From: Candidatus Bathyarchaeota archaeon
Lineage (GTDB): Archaea; Thermoproteota; Bathyarchaeia; 40CM-2-53-6
Assembly (NCBI GenBank): GCA_963733055.1
Contig: CAVTBR010000003.1
Coordinates: 704,001-768,000, forward strand
Length of the DNA stretch: 64,000 nucleotides
Reading direction: 5' to 3'
Within the stretch, counting starts at the first letter, position 1. The number at the start of each line of letters is the position of its first letter. Positions 49,796 to 58,352 of this stretch are shown here, piece after piece. The position numbers and the translations under genes were made by a program. The notes under the pieces were generated by a model. It saw nothing but the letters and a program-made list of their open reading frames with translations. It had not been told where the DNA came from and ran no database searches.

Positions 49796-50917
49796 TGCGT
49801 TCTGAATCAGCGTTAGCCACTTATTTTCGCCCTCAACTTTGATTCCTGCAACTTCCGCAGGTGTGCGACCTTTCAAACCCTCGTGCGGTCGAACAAAGTT
49901 GTGATAGATTTGCATACCCGTTAGAATTGGTGTATCAGGAATCTCAAGAGTACGCATGACCTTCTCACGGTCCCTGAGTTCTCCGTTCATTCTTTCCATC
50001 TTATTGTTGTGGACTTGACCGTCAATGCGGATTTCTCGTATGTGTTCGGTTCCCGTTGGAGTCCAGAATTCTTTCTTGTACGCTTCATGGAAGTTTGGTG
50101 CACCGTCAGTTATCAGTGTCTTAGGTTGTTTACCTGCAATGTGTTTTCCGTGTTGAAAGAGTGAGCGAACATCAGCCGTGTACTTTGTATCGGCTACTTC
50201 TTGGGCTATCCAGAAGCGGGTTTGGTCATCCATGAGGGCATACAGGTATTTCATGTTCCCTTTCACTTTAAGAAATAGTTCATCCGCTCGCCATGTGTCA
50301 GATACGTTCGGTGTGATCTGGTTAGCGTAGTTCTGCATCAATGTCGTGTATTTCTTTATCCACATGAAAACCGTCTTGTAACTCACCTGAACCCCAAGCA
50401 ACCGTAGCGATCTAGCCGTATTCCTAAGCGATTCGCCTGAGAAGTACAACTGCATCGCGGTCGTTACTCCTTGCGGGCTGTGCTTCATCCGTTCAAATCC
50501 AACATTCACGCTGAAGGTGCGATCACAACTCACGCATAGAAAACGTTGAATGTCACCGTACTTGTTGTGGCGTATGCCGAACCTTTTCAGAGCCTTATCG
50601 GAATGACAGTAAATGCAAGCAGTAATTTCGACAGGTCGAATGATTACGTTCTCCCGTACCTTTTCTCGTAGCTGCTCGCGAATTTGACAGGCGATGATAT
50701 GTTTGCAGCGAACAATATGTCGTTGCTCTAATGCGCGGTAGTGGAAATCTAGGCAGTTACATAGCCACGAACCGCTTTCTCTATGGACTACATCATACAT
50801 TCCATCCCCACGCTGAGAAGCGACTTTGTAGTGACTTTCATCCATCTGCTGGATTTGGCTTGGATTCTCAGCGATAAGTCGCCCCTTTTCTTCACGGGAG
50901 AGAACCGCTTTCTGCAT
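49775..50917 (-). CDS. IS6-like SWIM-DDE transposase, copy 2
   Basis: CNCLDF..CKH, CIYC..CVSC, WRADE / LITDG / NNKMERMNG. Confidence 0.92.
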   Translation of the reverse strand: MQKAVLSREEKGRLIAENPSQIQQMDESHYKVASQRGDGMYDVVHRESGSWLCNCLDFHYRALEQRHIVRCKHIIACQIREQLREKVRENVIIRPVEITACIYCHSDKALKRFGIRHNKYGDIQRFLCVSCDRTFSVNVGFERMKHSPQGVTTAMQLYFSGESLRNTARSLRLLGVQVSYKTVFMWIKKYTTLMQNYANQITPNVSDTWRADELFLKVKGNMKYLYALMDDQTRFWIAQEVADTKYTADVRSLFQHGKHIAGKQPKTLITDGAPNFHEAYKKEFWTPTGTEHIREIRIDGQVHNNKMERMNGELRDREKVMRTLEIPDTPILTGMQIYHNFVRPHEGLKGRTPAEVAGIKVEGENKWLTLIQNASKSKRE

Positions 50918-50931
50918 GTCTTTCTACCTAA

Positions 50932-50982
50932 TGCAATATTGCTGCATAAGTAATATATAACACTTACTGCAATACTGCTGCA
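50932..50982. promoter_or_regulatory. divergent promoter with paired operator-like repeats (element 2)
   Basis: TGCAATATTGCTGCA and TGCAATACTGCTGCA, 36 bp apart, around TAATATATAA. Confidence 0.65.
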
Positions 50983-50993
50983 CGGGTGATAGA

Positions 50994-51185
50994 ATGGTCC
51001 GAAAACAGATACTAGGCGATTGGGAACGCAATATCCTAGAATCATATCTGAAAGGCGAGAAACTAAAAGGCTATACAGCGTTGTTATCTAGAATACGAAG
51101 CATGGGATTAAAGGCAATCATTGAAGGGTGCGAGCACGATTTGGTGATACTGAAACGCCTCGCCAAATCTGAGGCGACAATGTGA
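50994..51185 (+). CDS. conserved 63-aa element protein (putative regulator)
   Basis: Paralog of 48334-48516 at the same position in the element. Confidence 0.85.
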   Translation: MVRKQILGDWERNILESYLKGEKLKGYTALLSRIRSMGLKAIIEGCEHDLVILKRLAKSEATM

Positions 51186-51856
51186 GTAAATACATGCTTG
51201 GAGTAAGCCGGTTAAGGCTCGCCATTTGCGCGATCGTCATTTTATGTATCGGTGCAAGTCTATTTATTGAAGGCGGAATGTACCCGAAGGCAACTCTCTA
51301 TTCGCTTAACTATAGCTACCTAAGCTATGCCTTTCTCGCTCTTGCGTTTGTTTTCATATCTCCAACTATCTTGAACGCAGCTAAAGCGTGGAGAGCGATA
51401 GTCAACGATCTTGCAACTAAGAGAAAACTGGGCAAAGATGATTGGAATATCGAGGAGACGCGTGGAATCTTTGCTCTGGGCATCATAGGGACCATCATAG
51501 TGGTGAGAACGGACAAAAACGTAATCGCCATGGATTCTACTGGGTACTTGTTGTTTGCCATGAATGTCATGTTGGCCTGTTGGGTAGCCTATTCAATTTG
51601 CATGGCAATTGCACTACCTAACGAGTGGATTAGTCAACGAGTAAGAATTTGGAGTTTCCTAAGTGCTCAACTGTTATTTGTTTTCGGTGTCGTAATAACT
51701 GTCGCCGTTGGTTTGACGGGTTTTGTGACATATGTTTTAAGTGATTTCAAGGCAACTCCTCTTTATCCTTGGATAATCGGAATAACCGTTTGCCTTTCAA
51801 GTTTCGGAGTTGCCTTGCTTTTCTTCGAACCGAGAGAAGAATTTCAGACCGCGTAA
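51182..51856 (+). CDS. multi-pass membrane cargo protein
   Basis: About six hydrophobic segments; start overlaps the small gene's stop. Confidence 0.7.
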   Translation: MSKYMLGVSRLRLAICAIVILCIGASLFIEGGMYPKATLYSLNYSYLSYAFLALAFVFISPTILNAAKAWRAIVNDLATKRKLGKDDWNIEETRGIFALGIIGTIIVVRTDKNVIAMDSTGYLLFAMNVMLACWVAYSICMAIALPNEWISQRVRIWSFLSAQLLFVFGVVITVAVGLTGFVTYVLSDFKATPLYPWIIGITVCLSSFGVALLFFEPREEFQTA

Positions 51857-52116
51857 TGTTAAGCCGCTTGAGCACGAGAGAATCCCGATGACGACTAAAG
51901 GTTGCAGATTATGGTTCACTATGATGTAGACTGTGCCAATCACAAGTAGGAAAAGCGAACAAAAGAACGCTCCCAAATAGAAATCTCGTAACTCCTTCTT
52001 GTTCGTTCACTTTTACGCTTCTATTCCTCCTTAGTCTAGACCGATAGAATCCTTCCATCAACCGGACGGTAACAGTTGGATTCTATCCAGTTTTCAACCG
52101 TAGAGGTAACGTTACC

Positions 52117-52124
52117 TTACGTAA
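52117..52124. repeat. TTACGTAA target duplication, copy 3
   Basis: Centre of GTTACC-TTACGTAA-GGTAAC junction. Confidence 0.9.
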
Positions 52125-52184
52125 GGTAACGTGAAGTTCACGGTTGATAGGATATGCTGTGAAAAATCGGTTGATACTCTCTCA

Positions 52185-52658
52185 CTAACCGTGAATACGA
52201 TGTTTCAGCCAAAATTGAATTGCCACGGTTAATCCAGCGGCTATGAATAATCCTATGATGGCTCCAATCTGCCCATCAAGAAGATAGCCACCCACAGGGA
52301 ATATAATTCCGAGAATGCTGAATGTCGCAGTTCTCCAAGACGAGATTTGTGTCTGACCTACGTAAACCGACTTACCAGTAAGGAATGTGTAACCCACCAA
52401 GATAATGCAATAGCCAGAAAAGAAAACCACCCAAGACACTACTTCGTAGGACGCACCACCAATGAAATGAATACTGGCGGAAACGATTCCCGAAATCAGG
52501 AGCGCTGCAAGGTAGATTGGTGAAGTCTTGAACTTAGACTTTGGCGCTATCTTACCCGCACGATCGTGTTTAGAGGAAAGCGGGGCTTGGCAGACAGTGC
52601 AGTAGCTGTATTGATCGCTGACTTTTGACCCGCATTTTCCGCATTTAACGGTGCGCAA
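52185..52658 (-). CDS. zinc-ribbon plus four-TM cargo protein
   Basis: CGKCG..CTVC then four hydrophobic helices. Confidence 0.7.
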   Translation of the reverse strand: MRTVKCGKCGSKVSDQYSYCTVCQAPLSSKHDRAGKIAPKSKFKTSPIYLAALLISGIVSASIHFIGGASYEVVSWVVFFSGYCIILVGYTFLTGKSVYVGQTQISSWRTATFSILGIIFPVGGYLLDGQIGAIIGLFIAAGLTVAIQFWLKHRIHG

Positions 52659-52728
52659 CGATTTGACTTCGAACTAGTGCTTTGAGCTGCGTTCTGAATT
52701 AAGGTTGATTCCTTCCTGACATAGTAGG

Positions 52729-53133
52729 CTAGAATGGATGCTTTGGCCTGTCCTTGATCGCGTAATATGGCTTTTGAAAGTGTAGAAGGATTGCGACCGC
52801 CACAACTAATACGACTAGAATGAGAATCGCTAGATAGTCGAAATGGGTAAGCGTTGCTGTTGCGTTCGACGAAACGGTGATGGTACGAACTACCGTATAT
52901 TGACTCTCAGCGGTGATGCATCCTTCATCAAAACCACATGGAACAGTTGCCACCGTCTCAGGTACAACGTAAGTAAAACTAACAGCTGTGCCTAGAGTTG
53001 TTGTCTGTGAAGTCATCGACTGAAGAGAGGATTGAAGAAGCAATTCAAAATGACCGAATACAAGCAAAACAGCAACTACGGCTAGAAGAAAGAGATAGCG
53101 ACGCAGATGCGACTTCGGCGGCGGTCTCATCAA
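52729..53133 (-). CDS. two-TM cargo protein with Thr-rich loop
   Basis: TM - Thr/Ser-rich segment with a Cys pair - TM; start overlaps the transposase fragment's stop. Confidence 0.65.
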   Translation of the reverse strand: MMRPPPKSHLRRYLFLLAVVAVLLVFGHFELLLQSSLQSMTSQTTTLGTAVSFTYVVPETVATVPCGFDEGCITAESQYTVVRTITVSSNATATLTHFDYLAILILVVLVVAVAILLHFQKPYYAIKDRPKHPF

Positions 53134-53405
53134 ATCCTAGAACCAGTAGCATTCTTAGAAGCGTTTTGTATTAGAGTTAACCACTTGTTTTCACCGTCAA
53201 CTGTGATTCCTGCCGCTTCACTTGGAGTGTGACCGTTTAACGCTTCATGTGGACGAATGTAGTTGTGGAAGATTTGCATACCTGACAGAATCGCTGTATC
53301 GGGCTTTTCTAAGGTGCGCATGACCTTCTCTCTTTGGCGGAGCTCGCCGTTCATGCGCTCCATCTTGTTATTGTGTCGAACATCATCAAACGCAATATCT
53401 CCGAT
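53130..53405 (-). pseudogene. 3' fragment of SWIM-DDE transposase
   Basis: DIAFDDVRHNNKMERMNGELR...HNYIRPH...ENKWLTLIQNA; similarity stops near 53405. Confidence 0.88.
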
Positions 53406-53699
53406 AGGTTCGCTTCGTGCTTCTAGCCGAGTTGCGTGGAATTCTTTCCTTTTCCGGCATGGTTCAAAACTGCGTTTCGAAGCTGGAGAAAATCCCGCTT
53501 AGATGGATTGGTCAAGAGCGATTCCACTTAGTAGAACGGAACGGCAGTTGGTGGAACACTTCGGAGGGTGTTTTTCTCGGACGACCTGATACTTTGACGG
53601 AACGATTCAAGGACTTTGAAGGCTTCAATGCGAGGTTTTGGGTTTCAAAGTGAGGTTTTTGCGATTCAAGATGGCGGCGCCGCGGCGCGTGATGTTGCC

Positions 53700-54029
53700 A
53701 TGCCAGATCATACCACCAAGGAGTTCAATGATGAAGTCAAATTGGCTATTGATAATGCGATCTACACGCTACTAGGGCAGCAGGTTCTCAGGGCTGTATA
53801 CGATCACTTGAGAGAGCGTTACGATGTAACGGGAGATGAGCTCCCTTATCGGTTGGACACCTTGTTCGAGACGCTTGAAGCCACTTTCGGGCTTAAGGGT
53901 GCATTAACCCTTGGCCGAGTGATCGCGAGGTGCGTTTATGCTCGAATGGGACTGAGATTCATCGAACTACCAAATTATACACTTCAGGATTATTTGGAGC
54001 GCGCCAAGCAGCAATTAGCCCTAACGTAG
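53700..54029 (+). CDS. NitrOD5/DUF3227-like small helical protein
   Basis: AIDNAIYTLLG..V...Y.HL...Y......LPYRLDTLF..L...FG pattern. Confidence 0.65.
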   Translation: MPDHTTKEFNDEVKLAIDNAIYTLLGQQVLRAVYDHLRERYDVTGDELPYRLDTLFETLEATFGLKGALTLGRVIARCVYARMGLRFIELPNYTLQDYLERAKQQLALT

Positions 54030-54449
54030 TACCCAACCTAGGTTCTCTGGAGGTGACTGAAGCGCCAACAGATTTTGTGTTGAATCCTTCGGCTGGTAAC
54101 TAACATCTTCATTTGGTGGTTGCGGCTGCATGAGGTCTTCGGCGAGTATGCGCTTCAACTCTTCGACGTGCTCTGTGAAAGTGCGCTCGATCTTAAGGTC
54201 TAATGGAACATTCGCTTTAGCGTACAGTTTCTTGACTATCACCCTTCCCAAGGTCTCCCCTCCAACTCCGAAAGCGCCCTTAAGGGACGCAAACAGGGTG
54301 TCCAAGCGGTAGGGCATCTCATCACGAGTGATTCCAAGAAACGCCTGATAATGGTACCAAAATGCTGCCGTTACTCTGTTTCCCAAGACTTCGGAAATAG
54401 CTTCGTCTACAGAATCAATGAGAAGATCATTGAAGTCAGTAAGATGCAT
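54021..54449 (-). CDS. NitrOD5/DUF3227-like protein, convergent paralog
   Basis: Shares DE.PYRLDTLF..L...FG..G..LGRVI with 53700-54029. Confidence 0.65.
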   Translation of the reverse strand: MHLTDFNDLLIDSVDEAISEVLGNRVTAAFWYHYQAFLGITRDEMPYRLDTLFASLKGAFGVGGETLGRVIVKKLYAKANVPLDLKIERTFTEHVEELKRILAEDLMQPQPPNEDVSYQPKDSTQNLLALQSPPENLGWVLR

Positions 54450-54530
54450 TCTTGGCAAGGAGAAAAGGCAAATAAGATTACTCAAAATCTTGCAGTTAAG
54501 ACTTGCGTAAACTCAAGCTTCTCTTCTCGG

Positions 54531-54905
54531 TTATTCGCCGAGGTACGTCGATCCCAGCATTCGAATGAGGTCTGAAACTGCGCTAACGAACGGAGTCGTT
54601 ACTTTCGGATCGTAACTCAAGATTACGATGAGTTTCTTGACCCTGAAGAATACGAGGAGGACCTTGTCGTACCTAATCGTCACCGACTCCAATGCACCGA
54701 GTATAACCTGTAGCTTCTCCGCAGCGTCGACGAGAATGGGCGGCATTATTTGAATGAATCTGCGGTCATCCTCCTCGGCGGACACACTTTCTACTCCTTC
54801 TCGCATTTTCGAGAGGACGACGTGAAATTGGCTGTCTACAATTCCAACGTACCGAAGCTTGCCGTCCCGTCTAAATGCCTCATTCGCGAATTTCTCGACG
54901 TCCAA
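54531..54905 (-). CDS. roadblock/profilin-like small protein (DUF6659-like)
   Basis: LRYVGIVD..MREGV...LG.LESVTIRYDKV..VFF pattern. Confidence 0.65.
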   Translation of the reverse strand: MDVEKFANEAFRRDGKLRYVGIVDSQFHVVLSKMREGVESVSAEEDDRRFIQIMPPILVDAAEKLQVILGALESVTIRYDKVLLVFFRVKKLIVILSYDPKVTTPFVSAVSDLIRMLGSTYLGE

Positions 54906-55350
54906 GCCTCAAACCGCCTACCATTTGGCTGATGATCTGGGTATTGAAGGTTGGTTATGCGTCACTTGCAAGGGGTTTGCCATCGAAACGGCTGCTAAGA
55001 CGGTTGGTTAGGCGACAATGCGCCCGCCACACCTGGCGCACACGGGAAGGGAGTTTTGTGTGGAGGGTTGGCGGAGGTTACCGTCACATGTGCATATCCC
55101 AAGCGGACCCCTTCCTTCCTTGGACGAAGCCAAGCCCCCCCTCTTTTCGGCTGGCAGCCGAGGAGGAATGCTAAACCTTTTTGCTTCCATGCCTCCTCGG
55201 CAACTCCAGTGTGACAAAAAGATATGTGGAAATACTCGAAAAACGGATTCAAATAAGCGGTTAACGTCCAATTTTGCTCAGGTTAAGCAGAAACAACATA
55301 AATTAAAGCAATTGTAGCCAAAAAATAAAATGTTATTCATGTATTACTCT

Positions 55351-56073
55351 TCACCCGCTTGCCTGGTTCATCCGTAACATTATTCCTTGGTCCAGTATCT
55401 GAAACGGCATCCATACCTCCGGGTGACTGCCGAGACGATACTTGGTTATCCTGAGCATCCGTTCCAAACGTTCCCCCGCTTCAATTTTCATCTCCACAAT
55501 GAGGTCGAAGAGTGAGTATAGTTGAGCAAGTGTTGAAGGGGAATGAATACCCGAGGTTAAGGATACGACCGCGGACCCATGTTGCCTAACCTTAGCTAAA
55601 ACGGAGGGAACGAGTCTAAGCGCCGTCTCTTCCCCGATCGTGCTAATCAAAGTTGACAGCGAATCAAAAATGACAATACTCCACCCGCTACCAAGCTCCT
55701 CGTAGAATTTCCGAATAGCAATCTGGACATCTGTAACGTTTAATGGGCAAAGCCTGCTTCCAAACTGCGTGTCGGTATACTCTTGGTTCCCGTCTTCCAA
55801 CCAAGAGTACATATCCACCAATCTCAAGTTTGTTCGAATGTATTCCTGAACATCCCACCCATGCCCCAACATACGTTCCACTATTTGAGCGGACGAACGC
55901 TCGGTTGACATGTAGATCACTTTGCGTCCGGCCTTGAGGAGCTCGTACGCATACTGTTTGCACAACACCGACCTTCCGCTCCCAGGCGGTCCCAAGTAAA
56001 GGCCCACAATATGCGGATCGGCCTCTCGGATGCTTAGTAGTTCTCGCATCTCACTAGTCAAAGGAGGGTTCAT
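55351..56073 (-). CDS. KaiC/RAD55-like ATPase with variant Walker A
   Basis: GPPGSGRS, YMSTE, LVDMYS, IFDSLSTL, LRITKYR. Confidence 0.85.
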   Translation of the reverse strand: MNPPLTSEMRELLSIREADPHIVGLYLGPPGSGRSVLCKQYAYELLKAGRKVIYMSTERSSAQIVERMLGHGWDVQEYIRTNLRLVDMYSWLEDGNQEYTDTQFGSRLCPLNVTDVQIAIRKFYEELGSGWSIVIFDSLSTLISTIGEETALRLVPSVLAKVRQHGSAVVSLTSGIHSPSTLAQLYSLFDLIVEMKIEAGERLERMLRITKYRLGSHPEVWMPFQILDQGIMLRMNQASG

Positions 56074-56257
56074 AGTGCAATCTTCTCGAAAGGATTCCGA
56101 TACACCTTCAAATTCGTTCTATAACCAACCGCCGTTCGCGAATAAAAATAAACCACAAAATGACGCTCAATCACAAACACACAACCCTCACTGCAATGGC
56201 CGGGCGCAATCCGAGCGTTGCTCTCAAATAGCAGACGAGTTTCATCCGACTCCGCTC

Positions 56258-56770
56258 ATGACCAAGGATCTTCTCGGCGAGGTATTCGATCTCATTTATT
56301 CGAAGAACAGAACGGAAGAAGCAATTCTGAAGCTCAACTCTGTAATCAAGTCCTCCCCGGAAAACAGTCGAGCCATCGCACTCAAGGCATACGCACTCAA
56401 CAAATTGGCCAATCTCCACAAGGAGTGGCAATATTCGAAATTGGCTTTGGAATTTGCCGAACGGGCATTGTCATTAAACCCCAACGACGACATCGCATTC
56501 ACAAGTCAAGGCTGGGCTCTGATCGACTTGGGCAGGGCGAACGAGGCGATACCCGCGCTGAATCAGGCTACGAGGATTAATCCGAACAATGAATTTGCGT
56601 GGTACAACCTGGCTTGGGCCCAATACCTCACCGGGAACGCGCTTGCCTCAACGGAATCCATCCGCAGAGCTCTCGCTCTCAGTCCTAACAATCCGATCCT
56701 AAGACGGGGCAAGGAGATGATGCAGAAAGGCGAGGTGCCGAAGCATTTGAGGAAACGTTCTCAGCAGTAA
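56258..56770 (+). CDS. TPR repeat protein
   Basis: ALSLNPNDDIAF..QGWAL..LG, INPNNEFAWYNLA repeats. Confidence 0.88.
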   Translation: MTKDLLGEVFDLIYSKNRTEEAILKLNSVIKSSPENSRAIALKAYALNKLANLHKEWQYSKLALEFAERALSLNPNDDIAFTSQGWALIDLGRANEAIPALNQATRINPNNEFAWYNLAWAQYLTGNALASTESIRRALALSPNNPILRRGKEMMQKGEVPKHLRKRSQQ

Positions 56771-56782
56771 GCTCTAGGCCGA

Positions 56783-58273
56783 CTAACCTTTGGTTACGCC
56801 GATTGGAGTAAGGCGGGCGACTTTGGTTGCTATGCCGAGTTGGTGGCTGACTTCGGCTACGCTGTCGACGTTCTTGTAGGCTTCGGGGGCCTCCTCACTT
56901 ACGGTTCCTATGTTCTCGGCTCTGATCATGATTCCTTTCTTACTGAGCAATTCTTCGACGGCACTCGCGGGGTTCCTTCTCTTCGCCGCCGCGCGGCTCA
57001 TGAACCTCCCCGCTCCATGCGCCGTCGTCCCGAAACTAAGCTCCATCGACTTCGGCGCCCCTATCAAAACCCACGATGCGGTACCCATGCTTCCCGGGAT
57101 AAGGACCGGTTGCCCAATGTCACGATATTCGGATGGTATGGCTTGGTGGCCTGGGGGAAAGGCCCGAGTCGCCCCTTTCCTGTGAACGTAAACCTTCTTC
57201 ATTCCCCCATCAACCGCATGCTCCTCAATCTTCGCGATGTTGTGGCATACGTCGTAGATCAAGCCCATGTCGAGCTGGTCCGCTGATTTCCCAAAAATCT
57301 TCTCAAATGATTCCCTGGTCCAATGGGTGATCATTTGCCTGTTTGACCAGGCGAAATTTGCCGCGCAAGACATGGCACCGATATAATCTTCAACCTCATT
57401 ACTCTTCGCCGGTGCGCAGGCCAGCTGCCTATCGGGCAACTTGATCCCGTATTTCTGAATCGCGTGTTCCATAACCCTGAGGTAATCGCTACAAACCTGA
57501 TAGCCGAACCCCCTGCTGCCGGTGTGAACTAGAACTAGCACTTGCCCTTCTTTTCGAATTCCAAGTTTCTCCGCTACGGGCTGATCGAAAATCTTGTCCA
57601 CCCTTTCTATCTCGAGAAAATGGTTGCCGCTCCCTAAGCTTCCAAGTTGGGGTGCACCACGTTGCTTCGCAACCCCAGACACCTTGTCCGGATCAGCTGT
57701 CTCCATGCACCCGTTCTCCTCACAGTGCTTCTGATCCTCAGCCCAACCATAACCATGCTCAACAGCCCACTCCACCCCCTCTCGCGTGACCTTCTCCAAA
57801 TCTCCCTGTGAAAGCCTCCCAACCTTCCCACGACTCCCCAAACCAGAAGGAACATTCACAAACATAGTATCCAGCAACTTCCCCAAGAAGGGCCGAACAT
57901 CCGCCTCCATCAGATTCGTCCTGATCAATCTGACGCCACAATTTATGTCATAGCCGATTCCGCCGGGGCTTACGACGCCTTCGTCGTAGTCGCTTGCCGC
58001 TACTCCTCCTATTGGGAATCCGTATCCTTCGTGGCCGTCGGGCATTGTGATTGCCCAGTTGTATAGGCCTGGTAGCGTCGCCACATTGGCGCATTGTTGG
58101 AGTGTGGCGTCTGTTCGCATTTTCGCGATGAGTGCGTCGTCAGCGTATATTCTCCCAGGCACTGTCATTCCCGGTTGAGAGTCCTTCGGAATCTCCCAGA
58201 CGTACTTGTCGATCTGTTTGAGTGCAACTTGCTGTGAGGCTCGGCCGTATGCTGGTTGCGACATTTTGGCCAC
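56783..58273 (-). CDS. rtcB: tRNA-splicing ligase RtcB
   Basis: MPDGHEGYGFPIGG, GYDINCG, GSGNHFLE, HTGSRG, HRKGAT, HGAGR. Confidence 0.97.
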   Translation of the reverse strand: MAKMSQPAYGRASQQVALKQIDKYVWEIPKDSQPGMTVPGRIYADDALIAKMRTDATLQQCANVATLPGLYNWAITMPDGHEGYGFPIGGVAASDYDEGVVSPGGIGYDINCGVRLIRTNLMEADVRPFLGKLLDTMFVNVPSGLGSRGKVGRLSQGDLEKVTREGVEWAVEHGYGWAEDQKHCEENGCMETADPDKVSGVAKQRGAPQLGSLGSGNHFLEIERVDKIFDQPVAEKLGIRKEGQVLVLVHTGSRGFGYQVCSDYLRVMEHAIQKYGIKLPDRQLACAPAKSNEVEDYIGAMSCAANFAWSNRQMITHWTRESFEKIFGKSADQLDMGLIYDVCHNIAKIEEHAVDGGMKKVYVHRKGATRAFPPGHQAIPSEYRDIGQPVLIPGSMGTASWVLIGAPKSMELSFGTTAHGAGRFMSRAAAKRRNPASAVEELLSKKGIMIRAENIGTVSEEAPEAYKNVDSVAEVSHQLGIATKVARLTPIGVTKG

Positions 58274-58352
58274 TCTTGGAACGCGTGAAACAGGTTCGCG
58301 CTCTATTTAAGCTTCGACAGGTCTTATTGAAAAATAATTTCTAACTCCAACG

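Larger units (their letters stand above)
49331..52116 (-). mobile_element. IS6-like SWIM-DDE cargo transposon, element 2
   Basis: TIRs starting GGTAACGTTACCT at both ends with shared CTGTTACCGT and CGGTTGA boxes; flanked by TTACGTAA. Confidence 0.9.
52125..53405 (-). mobile_element. truncated third element (one end, two cargo genes, 3' fragment of transposase)
   Basis: End GGTAACGTGAAGTTCACGGTTGATAGG; no matching distal TIR found. Confidence 0.82.

Noticed and set aside
51797-52010. Possible extra two-TM cargo ORF on the minus strand of element 2 (TNKKELRDFYLGAFF...)
   Set aside because: The nearby GTG after the SD-like sequence is out of frame and the ORF overlaps the 3' end of 51182-51856; it cannot be supported without read-level correction.
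46471-52130. Repeated TTACGTAAGGTAAC junctions as a CRISPR array or integron attC sites
   Set aside because: Spacing is ~2.8 kb, each unit has its own DDE transposase and TIRs, and no cas or tyrosine recombinase gene is present; TIR plus target duplication explains the repeats.
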